64,000 bases of DNA from a virus: positions 134,096 through 198,095 of the IMG/VR virus record IMGVR_UViG_3300015202_000003. One strand, 5' to 3'. The notes under the pieces were generated by a model. It was not told where the DNA came from and made no database searches. It saw only the letters and a program-made list of their open reading frames with translations. Positions 40,058 to 50,200 of the stretch are shown one piece after another. Position 1 is the first letter of the stretch, and each line of letters begins with the position of its first letter. The translations under genes were made by a program, and so were the position numbers.

Positions 40058-40744
40058 ATGGCTAAACATCCCTATGAAGAACTTGCAGATGCAATATCTT
40101 CTATTGTTTATGGAAGTGAAGATGGAATGTATATGTTTCCATTAAGAGCATATTGTAAAAACAATGTTGACCCACATAAGCAGGGAAGGGTTCAAATTTA
40201 CTGTCCTTCGATTTCGGGTGAAAAATGCCCTCCTCTTAAAGATTTATTATGGGCTTCTCCCTGTATTCCATTGGGGGGCAGTTCTAATTTAAGTTCTTTT
40301 ACGGTTCCTGAAATGGGGGCTAAATTGTGGGTAATTTTCGAGGCGGGTTCATTAAATTTTCCTTTGTATATAGGACAGTGGCCCGCCCAAAATGAATTGT
40401 CGGAAGAAACGTATGACAGTGAAAATAGTCCTGCTTATGATTTTATTTATCATCGAAATAAAATTAAAATAAGAACAAAAAGAGATCAAAAGGAACTTTT
40501 AATTCAATTTGATGAAAATACGACACAGGCTTTAACATCTGATTCAATTAACATTAAAAGAAAAGATTCTGTTGTAAATTTATCTGACAATTTAATTTCT
40601 TTAAGTGTGGGTTCAACAAACATAACTTTAACGGGAGATTCTATTTCTCTCTCTTCTGGTGGTTCTAATATTAAAATTAATTCTTCTACGATAGATTTGT
40701 TATCTGCCGTTGTTAATGTCAAAGAAATCTTAAATGTGGGATAA
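40058..40744 (+). CDS. Baseplate spike (gp5/gpV OB-fold plus beta-helix)
   Basis: NVDPHKQGRVQIYCP, WASPC.P, VPEMGA.LWVIFEAG..PLYIG; repetitive beta C-terminus. Confidence 0.88.
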   Translation: MAKHPYEELADAISSIVYGSEDGMYMFPLRAYCKNNVDPHKQGRVQIYCPSISGEKCPPLKDLLWASPCIPLGGSSNLSSFTVPEMGAKLWVIFEAGSLNFPLYIGQWPAQNELSEETYDSENSPAYDFIYHRNKIKIRTKRDQKELLIQFDENTTQALTSDSINIKRKDSVVNLSDNLISLSVGSTNITLTGDSISLSSGGSNIKINSSTIDLLSAVVNVKEILNVG

Positions 40745-40756
40745 ACAGTTTTATTT

Positions 40757-41275
40757 TTAATTTTTTAAAACTGTTTCAAATAGATTTTCACAGGGTAGAA
40801 TTTGCTTGCATAGCCACACAGAAGAAAATGGAGGGCAAACTGAAGGTTTCTGTTCTTCGTAAGATTTAAAATAGGAGATTCTTTTGTTTAGCCACATGAT
40901 TTCAAATTTATTTTTACTAAACAAATTGAAACGTTTTTGACTTTCAAAAAGCCCTACAACTCCTACTAACATGGCAAAGGGTATATTTAATTCAAATAGT
41001 TTTTCAAACACTTCAAATTTTTTACTGTAGGGGGGGTTGGAAATTATAATTTCTCCTTGGGGCTGAGTGGAGAAAAAATCTTCTCCATTTTTAATGTGTG
41101 TTGCGTTAACTTTTAAATCTTTTTCTTTTAAAGTTTTTACGATTAAACTTTCTTCTGTATCAAAAGGACACCAGATAATTTTTTCTTTTGGTAAATATTT
41201 TAATAGGGGTTCTACTGCATATCTGGGTGTATAAAATTCGTCGTTTCCACTGTTAGCTATTTTATCCATTTTCAT
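40757..41275 (-). CDS. Small DNA N6-adenine (amino) methyltransferase
   Basis: DEFYTP, IWCPFD, GEDFF, NPPY motifs. Confidence 0.85.
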   Translation of the reverse strand: MKMDKIANSGNDEFYTPRYAVEPLLKYLPKEKIIWCPFDTEESLIVKTLKEKDLKVNATHIKNGEDFFSTQPQGEIIISNPPYSKKFEVFEKLFELNIPFAMLVGVVGLFESQKRFNLFSKNKFEIMWLNKRISYFKSYEEQKPSVCPPFSSVWLCKQILPCENLFETVLKN

Positions 41276-41354
41276 AATTTAATTTCAAATAGTTTAGCAA
41301 ATTAAAATAAATTGTAAGGGATAAAGACTAATTAAAGAACACAAAAATAAAATT

Positions 41355-41609
41355 ATGAAATCCATATCGGTTTCTGGTTCAACAACTACACATGGAGGTG
41401 AAATTTTTGGTTCTGGCAATTTATTAAAAATAAATTCTCTACCTGCTATTATTAACGGGGATGTATTTAATTGTCCAGATCACGGTTATCAAACTGTAAT
41501 TTCATCTACAAACAAAATTAAGATAAAGGGGGTTTCTGTCGTTCGAGATGGGGATTTTACAACTTGCGGAGCGCAAGTTATTTCTACTACTCGTTCTTCT
41601 TCTGATTAA
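41355..41609 (+). CDS. PAAR-like spike tip protein
   Basis: THGG, GD...CPDHG, R.GD.T.CGA metal-ligand pattern. Confidence 0.85.
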   Translation: MKSISVSGSTTTHGGEIFGSGNLLKINSLPAIINGDVFNCPDHGYQTVISSTNKIKIKGVSVVRDGDFTTCGAQVISTTRSSSD

Positions 41610-41731
41610 AACTTACGATATAAAAAATTAAAATTGGAATCTTCGTTCTTATTTTAATTTTAGAGAAAAGTTTTTTAAAACATTAACATTTAGTTTTCCA
41701 ATAAAGAACGAAGATTCTAAATATAAAAGTT

Positions 41732-42085
41732 ATGAAAGGATTACAATACCTGTTTAATTTAAATTCCGGATACAATTATTCTGAATCTCAATATATTCAG
41801 TCTGGCATACGGGCGTTTTTAGACATACAATTTTTTGATTTATTTCATAAGCCTTGGGGGGTAGATTTGGATGCTTTAATTTTTGATTCTGTAGATGCTG
41901 TTTTTTTAGATTTTTTGGAGGAAAAGATAGCGAGTGCATTAAAACAATACGAACCAATCAATTTAAATTATATGCAATTTGATGAAGAGCCGAATCAACC
42001 TAACTCTTTAATTGTCAATTTGTTTTATACTATTAACTCTACGGGACAGCAAGATTATTACTCATATATTTTGGATAGAAATTAG
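41732..42085 (+). CDS. Baseplate wedge protein (gp25-like)
   Basis: WGVDL.ALIFD...I..ALKQYEP; size and position. Confidence 0.75.
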   Translation: MKGLQYLFNLNSGYNYSESQYIQSGIRAFLDIQFFDLFHKPWGVDLDALIFDSVDAVFLDFLEEKIASALKQYEPINLNYMQFDEEPNQPNSLIVNLFYTINSTGQQDYYSYILDRN

Positions 42086-42125
42086 AGAAAACAAGGTTGA
42101 ATTGGTTTAATTAGATTTTTAAATT

Positions 42126-42326
42126 ATGAAGATGTTAGATGTAGTAGGGCATCATTACGGGATGCTTGAAGTTTTAAATTATAGCGGCCTCGGCAAAAAA
42201 GGAGCCGTTTTTTCTTGTAGGTGTGACTTTAGAAATATCATTTTACGAACAAGTTCTTCTCTTAAAAATAGCACAAGTTTTAATTTTACAAGTTTTCACA
42301 AGCTTTTAGAGTTTCGTTTATTTTAA
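42126..42326 (+). pseudogene. Truncated remnant of an HNH/AP2-type homing endonuclease
   Basis: DVVGHHYGMLEVL...FSCRCDFRN resembles the 'DL.G..FG.L.V...W.C.CDCGN' repeat; no nuclease domain follows. Confidence 0.6.
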
Positions 42327-42330
42327 AATC

Positions 42331-43839
42331 ATGTCAACAACACCCTTAACTCGCTTGGACTTAACCTTATTAGAATATGACAATTTAAATGCTGAATTGT
42401 CGTCTTTAATTGCGACTCGAACTCCGTTTTGGAATAACCCTTCGTCATCTGATCCACTGATAATATTAATTAATCAAGTTTCGGCATTGGGTGATATGTT
42501 CCATTTTTTCATCGAACAAAGGACAAATGAAATGATTTTAACAAGGTCACAGAGAAAAAAATCTGTGATTGATTTGGGAAAAGTTTTTGACTATCATTTA
42601 ACACGTCCATTTACGACGGTATATTCTTTAAATGTGAGAGCTAAAGCGTCTCGTTCTCCTACAACTTCTGCAACTCAAACTTTCCCTGTCGGAACAAAGT
42701 TCAATTCTAATCAAAAATCTTTTATTTTAAAGCAGGAGTTAACGGCGGATTTTACAAGTTACCCTCCTCCTTCTGAGAAGGAGGGTAAAGAGGGGGTTTT
42801 AAAGGTTTACGAAGGAGTTTTTTATCAAGAAACTTTTTCTTTATCTCCGTTGGCTACGGATCAAAAAATTTATGAAATACCTTTGACGTATTCTAACATA
42901 AGCCAGAATTTTTTAATTGTTAAAGTGAATGGAGTAGAGTGGCAAGAAGAAGATTTTTCTCCTTCCATTGAATTTAACACACAGAAATATATTATTGAAA
43001 CGGACGAACAGGGTTTTTCAACTTTGGTTTTCAACGGTTTTAAATATGATTTGCCTCAAGATGTTAATTCCAGTTCAAGTTCTAAGGTAGAAGTTTCTTA
43101 TGTTTCTACAACTGGTGTAGAGGGAATAATTACTAACGCTTCGGAAATAAATACTTTTGATTTGCCTTACGATGTTCCTGTCAATTTTTCTTCTGATTTT
43201 GAAATAGATTCTGTTAATATAACATTAAAAGACCCGTATATTCCAGAAGCGGATTGGAAGCAAGCTAAATATAAAGTTTCTTCTTCTTTGTCTACTTTGT
43301 GGCGGGCGGTTAGTTTAAATGACTATGAAAAATTAACTTTAACTCTTCCTAAAATTTCATCCGTTAAAGCTATTCGTAAAGACGATAATCTAAATAGACA
43401 CATAGCTCAAGTTTATATAAATTCTGAGGGGGGTCAGTTAGAGGCTTACAATATGAAGGATGATGTTCAACAATTTTTATTGGATAGAAGCTGTGTAGGA
43501 GTAGGGGTAGAAGTTTTACCTTCTTCTCCAAGAGATTTTTATTTAACAGTGGAAGCTAATTATTTAAGTCGTTACACAATTTCGCAGATACAACTAAGTT
43601 TAACTCAAAAAGCCATAGAAATTTCAAATTCTTTGGGTGTGGGTGAAACTTTAACTGTTGATAGGGTTTACGAAACTTTGAGTTTAGTTGAGGGTATCGT
43701 TTCTTTAAAAATAAATACTATGAGTTTTGTAAAAGACAGCAATACAGTTTCTCATTTACAACCTTTGCCACAAGAAACTTTAACTTTAAAAAATAGCAAT
43801 GTAAGAATTTTACCGGTGTTTATTAAAACGGCTGTTTAA
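42331..43839 (+). CDS. Baseplate wedge protein (gp6/baseplate J-like)
   Basis: W.....SDP..ILI...S..GD...F, VSY.ST.G.EG, RAVSLNDY motifs. Confidence 0.88.
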   Translation: MSTTPLTRLDLTLLEYDNLNAELSSLIATRTPFWNNPSSSDPLIILINQVSALGDMFHFFIEQRTNEMILTRSQRKKSVIDLGKVFDYHLTRPFTTVYSLNVRAKASRSPTTSATQTFPVGTKFNSNQKSFILKQELTADFTSYPPPSEKEGKEGVLKVYEGVFYQETFSLSPLATDQKIYEIPLTYSNISQNFLIVKVNGVEWQEEDFSPSIEFNTQKYIIETDEQGFSTLVFNGFKYDLPQDVNSSSSSKVEVSYVSTTGVEGIITNASEINTFDLPYDVPVNFSSDFEIDSVNITLKDPYIPEADWKQAKYKVSSSLSTLWRAVSLNDYEKLTLTLPKISSVKAIRKDDNLNRHIAQVYINSEGGQLEAYNMKDDVQQFLLDRSCVGVGVEVLPSSPRDFYLTVEANYLSRYTISQIQLSLTQKAIEISNSLGVGETLTVDRVYETLSLVEGIVSLKINTMSFVKDSNTVSHLQPLPQETLTLKNSNVRILPVFIKTAV

Positions 43840-43877
43840 AGATATAGAGATGTAGAGAGTTAGAATAAAAAATAACA

Positions 43878-44441
43878 ATGTCTAATAACCTAAAATTTGT
43901 TCATCCCAAAGCACAAAAAGCTTTGAAATTAGCTTTTAAAGAGTCTAATCTTAAATTAGTTGTTGTTCAAACAATGAGTTTAGGCGGCAACGATGCAGTT
44001 AAAGCAAGTGCGGGAACACATAACCAAGCGGGAACTTATAGAAATTTATTTGGAATTAATATTCCTTATTCTTCGTGTATAGATTTATCTGTTAACCAAG
44101 AAGCTACGAGAATTAGTGACGGCAAGGCAATTAAATTGGATGAAACTCATATTAAATGGGTTTTAATGAATTTGGCACAGGAAGGGTTTTGCGGATGGTT
44201 CCGAACATTTCAAGAAGGATTCTCGGCTCAACATATTCATGTTTGCTGTCCTCAAGCTCCTATTTCTGGATTGCCTTTGGAACAAGTTTTAGATTTTCTT
44301 ACGGGAAAAGATGGTTTAAGGTATCATCGGAAAGAAGAGTTTTATTCTCCTTCAGAAGAATATGATAAGATAATTGTTCAAAAAATGTTGGAAGCCAATC
44401 CTCATCTAAAAGATAAAGTTCCACAGAAATTTAGGGTTTAA
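43878..44441 (+). CDS. Putative endolysin, Zn peptidase of M15-like fold
   Basis: SAGTH...CIDL...GWFR...HIH, an H..D..HxH ligand set. Confidence 0.6.
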   Translation: MSNNLKFVHPKAQKALKLAFKESNLKLVVVQTMSLGGNDAVKASAGTHNQAGTYRNLFGINIPYSSCIDLSVNQEATRISDGKAIKLDETHIKWVLMNLAQEGFCGWFRTFQEGFSAQHIHVCCPQAPISGLPLEQVLDFLTGKDGLRYHRKEEFYSPSEEYDKIIVQKMLEANPHLKDKVPQKFRV

Positions 44442-44443
44442 TT

Positions 44444-44926
44444 ATGCCGAATCAAATAGCGCAGGGGACTACGGGTCAAGCTCTTCCTTGGCAAACTCAG
44501 GTTTATTTATATAATGCGGGTGATTCCAGAGAAGGGACGTGGGGGGTTTATCCTAACGACAACAATGTTCCAGTTTTATCTTCACAACCTTTTGGTTGGA
44601 ATGTTACAATTGATGGTTTGATTACGGTTCCTTTTAACGGTAGAACAACTGATTATAGTGCTGTTATTTTCCAGAAAACTGGGGTAGATTCAAGCGGAAA
44701 AGATATAGTTCAAGCTAACACTTATATTTTTAATGTTGTGCCTCCTTCTGTTATTGTAAATCCTCCGATTGTTTTAAATGTTCCGGGTGCGGAATCTTCT
44801 CCTTCTAATGTTGTATCTGTCACTCCAACAACTGCGGTTTCTGTTATACCTCCTGTAATTATCAATTCTTATGTAACAATTTTTCAAGCTTTAAGAGTTT
44901 TTGAAAAGTGTGTAAGAATAGGTTAG
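44444..44926 (+). CDS. Hypothetical baseplate-associated protein, C-terminal CVRIG
   Basis: Beta-rich domain, Pro/Val linker, ends EKCVRIG. Confidence 0.6.
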   Translation: MPNQIAQGTTGQALPWQTQVYLYNAGDSREGTWGVYPNDNNVPVLSSQPFGWNVTIDGLITVPFNGRTTDYSAVIFQKTGVDSSGKDIVQANTYIFNVVPPSVIVNPPIVLNVPGAESSPSNVVSVTPTTAVSVIPPVIINSYVTIFQALRVFEKCVRIG

Positions 44927-44940
44927 ATTTTTTAAGAAAC

Positions 44941-46821
44941 ATGAATCTAAATTTGGTTGTTACTCAGCCGGGACAAGCTGCAATAGAGATTTCTAATCTT
45001 GCCGTTGGAATTGACACTATTTCAATTATAGATTCTTTTAGTAGTCACGCTGTTTATAGCGGATTAATTTCTCAGGCACCTTCTCCTTTAATAGTAACGG
45101 CATCTCCAAATTCTTTAGGACAAGTAGAGCTTTCAGTAACGGCAACTTCTTCTACAAACAATACAATTTCGGATTCTGGGGTGTTTTTAAAAGATACTTT
45201 TGCTCCTTTTTCTCCTGTAAACGATGTTAAATCTTCTGCTATTCAAATAAACACTGAAAGCGGGAGTTTAAACGGCACGACTCTTTACGCTAAAACTTTT
45301 GGAGACAGCAATAACTACTACAATTTATGGTATAAGTTTGTCGCTCCTAAAAATGGGCGTTATTATTTTACAGTTTTAGGAGAAAATTCTTATGTTGGTT
45401 CTATACAAGGTTCAAATGTTTCTTATGATTCTTCTTCCTCAGTTTCTACTTTAAATAATAGTAGCGGTCAACCTTATTTGGCTTCTAAAAAAAGAGCTTG
45501 TAATTTAGTTTCCGGGCAAATTTGTTACGTTGAAATTTTTTCGGCTTTTACAGTAGGACAATCTGTTCTTAATAACGCAATTCCTTGGGGTAGTTTTTCT
45601 TTATCTTGGTCTTTTACGGGCGACCCTGATATATTTCTTTTGGTAGGTGCGGGCGGTTCCGTTCCAAATAACCTTAGATGTTTAAATACTCAAGGGCAAA
45701 ATGTTTTAGACATTTCTGCTTTAGATGTTAGAGACGGAGGTGTTTTAAATACAAATTTCACACATTCTCCAGATGGAAGATATTTAGCTTATTCAACGGG
45801 TGTTCCCAATGTTTTTAACAGTAGTCAAATTGTTATTTTTGACCGACAAACTCAAACCTCTAATTTTTTAAGTTATAGCATAAATGCAAGTGTTGTTGGT
45901 TTATCTAACGAACAGGGTTTTTGGGCTGAGAAAGTTGCAAACGGTAATTCTAATTGGGTTTTAATGTCTTGGTCTGGCGAAGAACGGTCTTCTATTTCTG
46001 CTGTTGATGGAAATGTTTTATCTTCTTCTTATTTTTTGTTGAGTTTTAGCGGTGTTATTTCTGGAAATGTTGCTCGTTATGTTTTAGATTCTTCTTTAGG
46101 TGCCCCTTTAAGGGAGTTTCTTTTCCCCAATACTTATACTATTTTATCGGCTTCTTCTGACGGTTCTGTTTTATTGGTTTTAGATTCTTCGGGAGGTTTT
46201 AAATTTGTATTTCCGTCTCTTGGAGATTTAATACAAAATACCACTCTTTCTTTGCTTTCTGAAAAAATAAAAGACGAACAAGGAAATGCTTTTACGAGCT
46301 TTGATTTTAGCAATAATTATTGGTCTAAAGATTTGTTTGCGTGGTCTTCTTCTCATTTATATTTAATTGCAAAAAATAGTAGTGGCTCTCAAATTTTAAA
46401 AATTAGTTTGGGAGTTAGCCCTGTTATTACGAATAGGAGCGTTTATGCACCAGTTCCTTCCAACGACGAATATTGGAGTCCTCCTTTTGCTAAAATTCCT
46501 TTTACTTCTTTGGGTTTGAGCGTCAATAAAAATGTTTTGTGGGTAGGCCGTTCTTATTATTTTGGATACGGCTCGGGGGGGTGGATGTCAAACCGAACAA
46601 CTGTTGAAAGAAGAAACACTACAGATTTAACATTAATAGATACTTTTCCTTATTCTACGGATTCTCTTAACCCCGTGATTGTTGGAACAAACCCTCATTC
46701 TTGGTATTTTCTTCTTCCGTATAACAATAATAGTAGTTCAGGCGGCGGTTCAAATAATACAACGGAAACTTCAACAGCACTTCAAACATCTTTAGAAGAG
46801 TATTGTGTTAGAATAGGATAA
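44941..46821 (+). CDS. Putative receptor-binding/appendage protein (beta-sandwich plus beta-propeller-like), C-terminal CVRIG
   Basis: ATG at 44941 preferred. LWYKFVAP..G.Y.F and HSPDGRYLAYS motifs; ends EEYCVRIG. Confidence 0.6.
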   Translation: MNLNLVVTQPGQAAIEISNLAVGIDTISIIDSFSSHAVYSGLISQAPSPLIVTASPNSLGQVELSVTATSSTNNTISDSGVFLKDTFAPFSPVNDVKSSAIQINTESGSLNGTTLYAKTFGDSNNYYNLWYKFVAPKNGRYYFTVLGENSYVGSIQGSNVSYDSSSSVSTLNNSSGQPYLASKKRACNLVSGQICYVEIFSAFTVGQSVLNNAIPWGSFSLSWSFTGDPDIFLLVGAGGSVPNNLRCLNTQGQNVLDISALDVRDGGVLNTNFTHSPDGRYLAYSTGVPNVFNSSQIVIFDRQTQTSNFLSYSINASVVGLSNEQGFWAEKVANGNSNWVLMSWSGEERSSISAVDGNVLSSSYFLLSFSGVISGNVARYVLDSSLGAPLREFLFPNTYTILSASSDGSVLLVLDSSGGFKFVFPSLGDLIQNTTLSLLSEKIKDEQGNAFTSFDFSNNYWSKDLFAWSSSHLYLIAKNSSGSQILKISLGVSPVITNRSVYAPVPSNDEYWSPPFAKIPFTSLGLSVNKNVLWVGRSYYFGYGSGGWMSNRTTVERRNTTDLTLIDTFPYSTDSLNPVIVGTNPHSWYFLLPYNNNSSSGGGSNNTTETSTALQTSLEEYCVRIG

Positions 46822-46835
46822 AATTTAATTTTAAA

Positions 46836-47714
46836 ATGACGGAATCTCCTTCTTCTAATGTAGCTCATACAACTCCCCAACTCCCTTTGTCTTCAATTGT
46901 ATTAGGCCGATGGGAGGGGGGTTTATTTTACGAACAGATGCCACCAAAATGGTCAGAAGATGGAGCTTCTGCTTTACATTTAAGTTCTTATTGTTCTATT
47001 ATAGGAAGGGGTTTGGATAGAATAGAGCAATCTATTGATGCAACGAGAGACTATGTGTTTCTCCAAAATAAATTTTATTTAGAGGCTTTTTTAGAGCATT
47101 TGGGGTATGAAGATTTACCAAATTATTTTACAACTGATGATTTAAGACTTTTTGCTCCTGTTTTGTTACAATGTCATAAACTAAAAGGAACATTAGTTCC
47201 TTTGGAGAACATAACTCAATTTGTTTTTCGGGATGCTCCTTTAGGTTTTTTTTATGTAATAGACCCTCCTGATTTGAACAGTAATTTAAACATAGAAGTT
47301 TCTATGCCTGTTTTAGACAATCTTTCAATTGGTAATTTCACAAGTTACCTTCAAAGAAAGATGAGGGGTTTATTTTATGTTTTAACTCGTTTTGTTCCTT
47401 TTTGGTTAAATTTAAAGATTCTTCTTAGTTATTCTTTTATAGAAATTTTCGATGTAAGTTTCAACGATTCTAATTATAATTTTTATTTTGAATTTGACTA
47501 TGTAGAAGATATTTTCAATGGTGGGGGACAAAATTCTTTTTCAGAAGAAACTTTAATTGAGTGGGTTTACGATGTTCGTCAACAGTTGGACAATTCTTTT
47601 AATTTAAATCGTCCGGTTTTAAATCACAACAGTTTAGACCATTTTAAATTGAACAATAATTTAGAGGTTGTCGGTTTATTTTCGGAGGGAGATGTTTTGA
47701 TAGAGTTATTTTAA
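46836..47714 (+). CDS. Baseplate wedge protein (tail protein I/gp7-like)
   Basis: FLEHLGY...R......HKLKGT...PFW pattern; synteny. Confidence 0.6.
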   Translation: MTESPSSNVAHTTPQLPLSSIVLGRWEGGLFYEQMPPKWSEDGASALHLSSYCSIIGRGLDRIEQSIDATRDYVFLQNKFYLEAFLEHLGYEDLPNYFTTDDLRLFAPVLLQCHKLKGTLVPLENITQFVFRDAPLGFFYVIDPPDLNSNLNIEVSMPVLDNLSIGNFTSYLQRKMRGLFYVLTRFVPFWLNLKILLSYSFIEIFDVSFNDSNYNFYFEFDYVEDIFNGGGQNSFSEETLIEWVYDVRQQLDNSFNLNRPVLNHNSLDHFKLNNNLEVVGLFSEGDVLIELF

Positions 47715-47742
47715 TGTTTAGATTTTAGTTTAAATTTCAATT

Positions 47743-48243
47743 ATGTATGAAACTACTTTTCAATTATATGAAGGTTGGGTAGAAGGCGAGTTGGTTTGTG
47801 ACAAAACACAAAAAACAATTTTAAATTTAAGAGAGCATTTCCAATTTAAAAATCATAATATGGTTATGAAATTGGCAGGTGTTGCTTTAGCTGCTTCTTT
47901 AAAAGGAGATTCTTCTGTTTTAAATTTTATGTCTATTGGAACGGGTTCCAGTAACGAGATTAATACTGCTTCGAGTTTAGATGCCGAACTTTCAAGAAAA
48001 TCTGTTTCTGTTAATTACGATACGACAACATCTGGAGTTTTAGTTTCTGGCAGTTTTTCAAATCGTTTAGTTGTAACGGCAGTTTTTGACACTTCCGTTG
48101 TAGGAACAATTTCAGAAATGGCTATTTGGAGTTCGGGAACTTCCGTTTTAAATTCTGGTATTATGCTTTCTCGCAAAAAAGTTACTCCTATTACTAAAAC
48201 GGCAGAGACAAGTTTGCGTTTAACTTGGAACTTAGTTTTTTAA
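47743..48243 (+). CDS. Baseplate/tail-fibre attachment protein
   Basis: NMVM..A, MSIGTG, L.AELSRK, ISEMAIW, ITKT...LTW motifs. Confidence 0.65.
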   Translation: MYETTFQLYEGWVEGELVCDKTQKTILNLREHFQFKNHNMVMKLAGVALAASLKGDSSVLNFMSIGTGSSNEINTASSLDAELSRKSVSVNYDTTTSGVLVSGSFSNRLVVTAVFDTSVVGTISEMAIWSSGTSVLNSGIMLSRKKVTPITKTAETSLRLTWNLVF

Positions 48244-48248
48244 AAAAT

Positions 48249-49646
48249 ATGTCAAATCCTTCAAGAGATACATTTCAATCTACTTTAAATTTTTCAAAGG
48301 TTTTGTGGATTGAAAACAGAGATGTTTTAGATTCAGAGTTAAACGAGTTACAGGATAATATTTCCCGTCAATTTAACAATAGAGATGGTATTAATCTTCC
48401 TAATTGCATGGTTTGTAATCCGAGTTACAGCATTGATTCGGTAAATAAATTATTTACGATAAATCATTTAGAAATTAGATCGCAGGGTTTTAGTTGGGTT
48501 ATCAAAGACCGTGTTTTGAATTTTTTTTCCGTAACGGATTTAGTTCCTTCTATAATTTTGGAGATAGATGTTTTTCGGAGAGATGCTACAACAAACCCTG
48601 ATATTTTAAAACATCCTGAAACTTCTTTACCTGTAGCTGAGAGGTTGGAATGGGTTTTTTATTTTTATGCACTCCCACGCCCCGCCAATCTTTTACAGTC
48701 TGAAAATACCCTTTATATAGATTTGTGTCAAATTTCTTGGGCCACCTCTACTTTAACTTGGGGAGCTAACATAGTAAGGGGTTTCGATGTTAGTGATAAA
48801 AGTAGTTTAGACAGGCATTTACTTCCGGAAATAGAAAAACCGGGTATACCTTCTCACGATTTAGTATCGGCTTTAAATCCCGGTTTTATGAGTGTGCCTC
48901 ATTTTACGAAAGTAGATACTCTGGATTTGAGCGTTTTTAGTTATTTAAAGGCTTTTAAATCTGTTTATACACCTTACAATACATGGTATGTTCGTTCTCG
49001 TCTGACGGGTTATAATTCTATGTTAAAACCTAAATTAGATTTTAACGAGGCATGGCAAAGCGACGTTCACAGTTTTATGGGCACGCGATCTTGTATAAAT
49101 GGCGCCCTTTGTGAAACAGATCGAACTTTGTTCCCTACTTATACAGGTTGGGATGACAACTCTTATTTTTTGTTTTTTCTTGTAAAAGCAGAAGTTATAG
49201 GAAATGAAAGTGTTTTAGACGGTGCCACTGCAAGTTTTCAAATTTCTAAGTTTTTACAAGGTGAGCATGGAGGGGATGTGGCGAGAGTCTATTACCATCA
49301 TAATTTTTATCAGCCTATTATTCCCGGAAATACGCGCCTCAATTTACCTCCTGATATAAACAGTGTTGGTTGGGAAAGGGCAGAAGCAAGTGTTAATAAC
49401 TCTTCTAACGGAACTAATTTTATTACAGAATATGATAGTGTGCCGTCTTCTTTTTTTCTTTTGCCTGTTACTTTAGGTTTTACATATTCTGTTTGTTTTG
49501 TAACGCATCAGAATGGTTTCGATGATAATTTTTATTTAAATTTCAGCAGTTGGTTAAATGTGCCTCCTATTTTAGGAGATACTCGTTTAGTTTTAGTTCC
49601 TGACCCCGATTATTTAACATATATTAAAGATGGGGGAAGATTTTAA
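48249..49646 (+). CDS. Tail fibre/baseplate protein (DUF4815-like N-terminus)
   Basis: FSKVLW...R.VLDSELNELQD; ATG at 48249. Confidence 0.65.
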   Translation: MSNPSRDTFQSTLNFSKVLWIENRDVLDSELNELQDNISRQFNNRDGINLPNCMVCNPSYSIDSVNKLFTINHLEIRSQGFSWVIKDRVLNFFSVTDLVPSIILEIDVFRRDATTNPDILKHPETSLPVAERLEWVFYFYALPRPANLLQSENTLYIDLCQISWATSTLTWGANIVRGFDVSDKSSLDRHLLPEIEKPGIPSHDLVSALNPGFMSVPHFTKVDTLDLSVFSYLKAFKSVYTPYNTWYVRSRLTGYNSMLKPKLDFNEAWQSDVHSFMGTRSCINGALCETDRTLFPTYTGWDDNSYFLFFLVKAEVIGNESVLDGATASFQISKFLQGEHGGDVARVYYHHNFYQPIIPGNTRLNLPPDINSVGWERAEASVNNSSNGTNFITEYDSVPSSFFLLPVTLGFTYSVCFVTHQNGFDDNFYLNFSSWLNVPPILGDTRLVLVPDPDYLTYIKDGGRF

Positions 49647-49675
49647 AATAGATAAATTATAATTTTAGGTAGAAT

Positions 49676-50200
49676 ATGTTTACATCAGAAGATACACAGC
49701 AAAAAGTTTTTGAAAATCCTATAGAAAGAAGACAGAGAAAAAATCATTTGTCTCGTTTTTTGTTTTCTTGGTTTTTTTCGATAGATACAGATACGTTAGA
49801 AAAGCTTAACATTCTGCGGAAGTTGTTTTTTGTTTTTGCAATTAGCTATTACGGCTCCAGTGTGCTTAAATTGCCGCCTCCTTATTATAGTAATCACTTT
49901 ATAGTTTTAAAGGTTTGGATGTGGTCTTTTCTTTTTCTTTTAGCAATCGGGGTTCAGCTTTATGGCAGATATAAAAATTCTCTTTTTATTCGGGCGCGTG
50001 GTGCTTTATTAGGATTAGTTTTTTGCGGCGCTATTTTAGAACCTCTTTATTCTAAAAAATCGTTTCCTGATATTGATTTTTTCGCTTATTTGGTAACTTT
50101 TTTTGAGATTATTTTGTGGTCAAGGTTATCTCAAGAATGTCGTCTATTGCATAAGGTTGTTTCTAATTCATTAGATTTAAATAAAGAAATAAGTGGATAA
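49676..50200 (+). CDS. Multi-pass membrane protein (holin-like position)
   Basis: About four hydrophobic segments; follows the fibre genes; 8-nt overlap with the next gene. Confidence 0.6.
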   Translation: MFTSEDTQQKVFENPIERRQRKNHLSRFLFSWFFSIDTDTLEKLNILRKLFFVFAISYYGSSVLKLPPPYYSNHFIVLKVWMWSFLFLLAIGVQLYGRYKNSLFIRARGALLGLVFCGAILEPLYSKKSFPDIDFFAYLVTFFEIILWSRLSQECRLLHKVVSNSLDLNKEISG

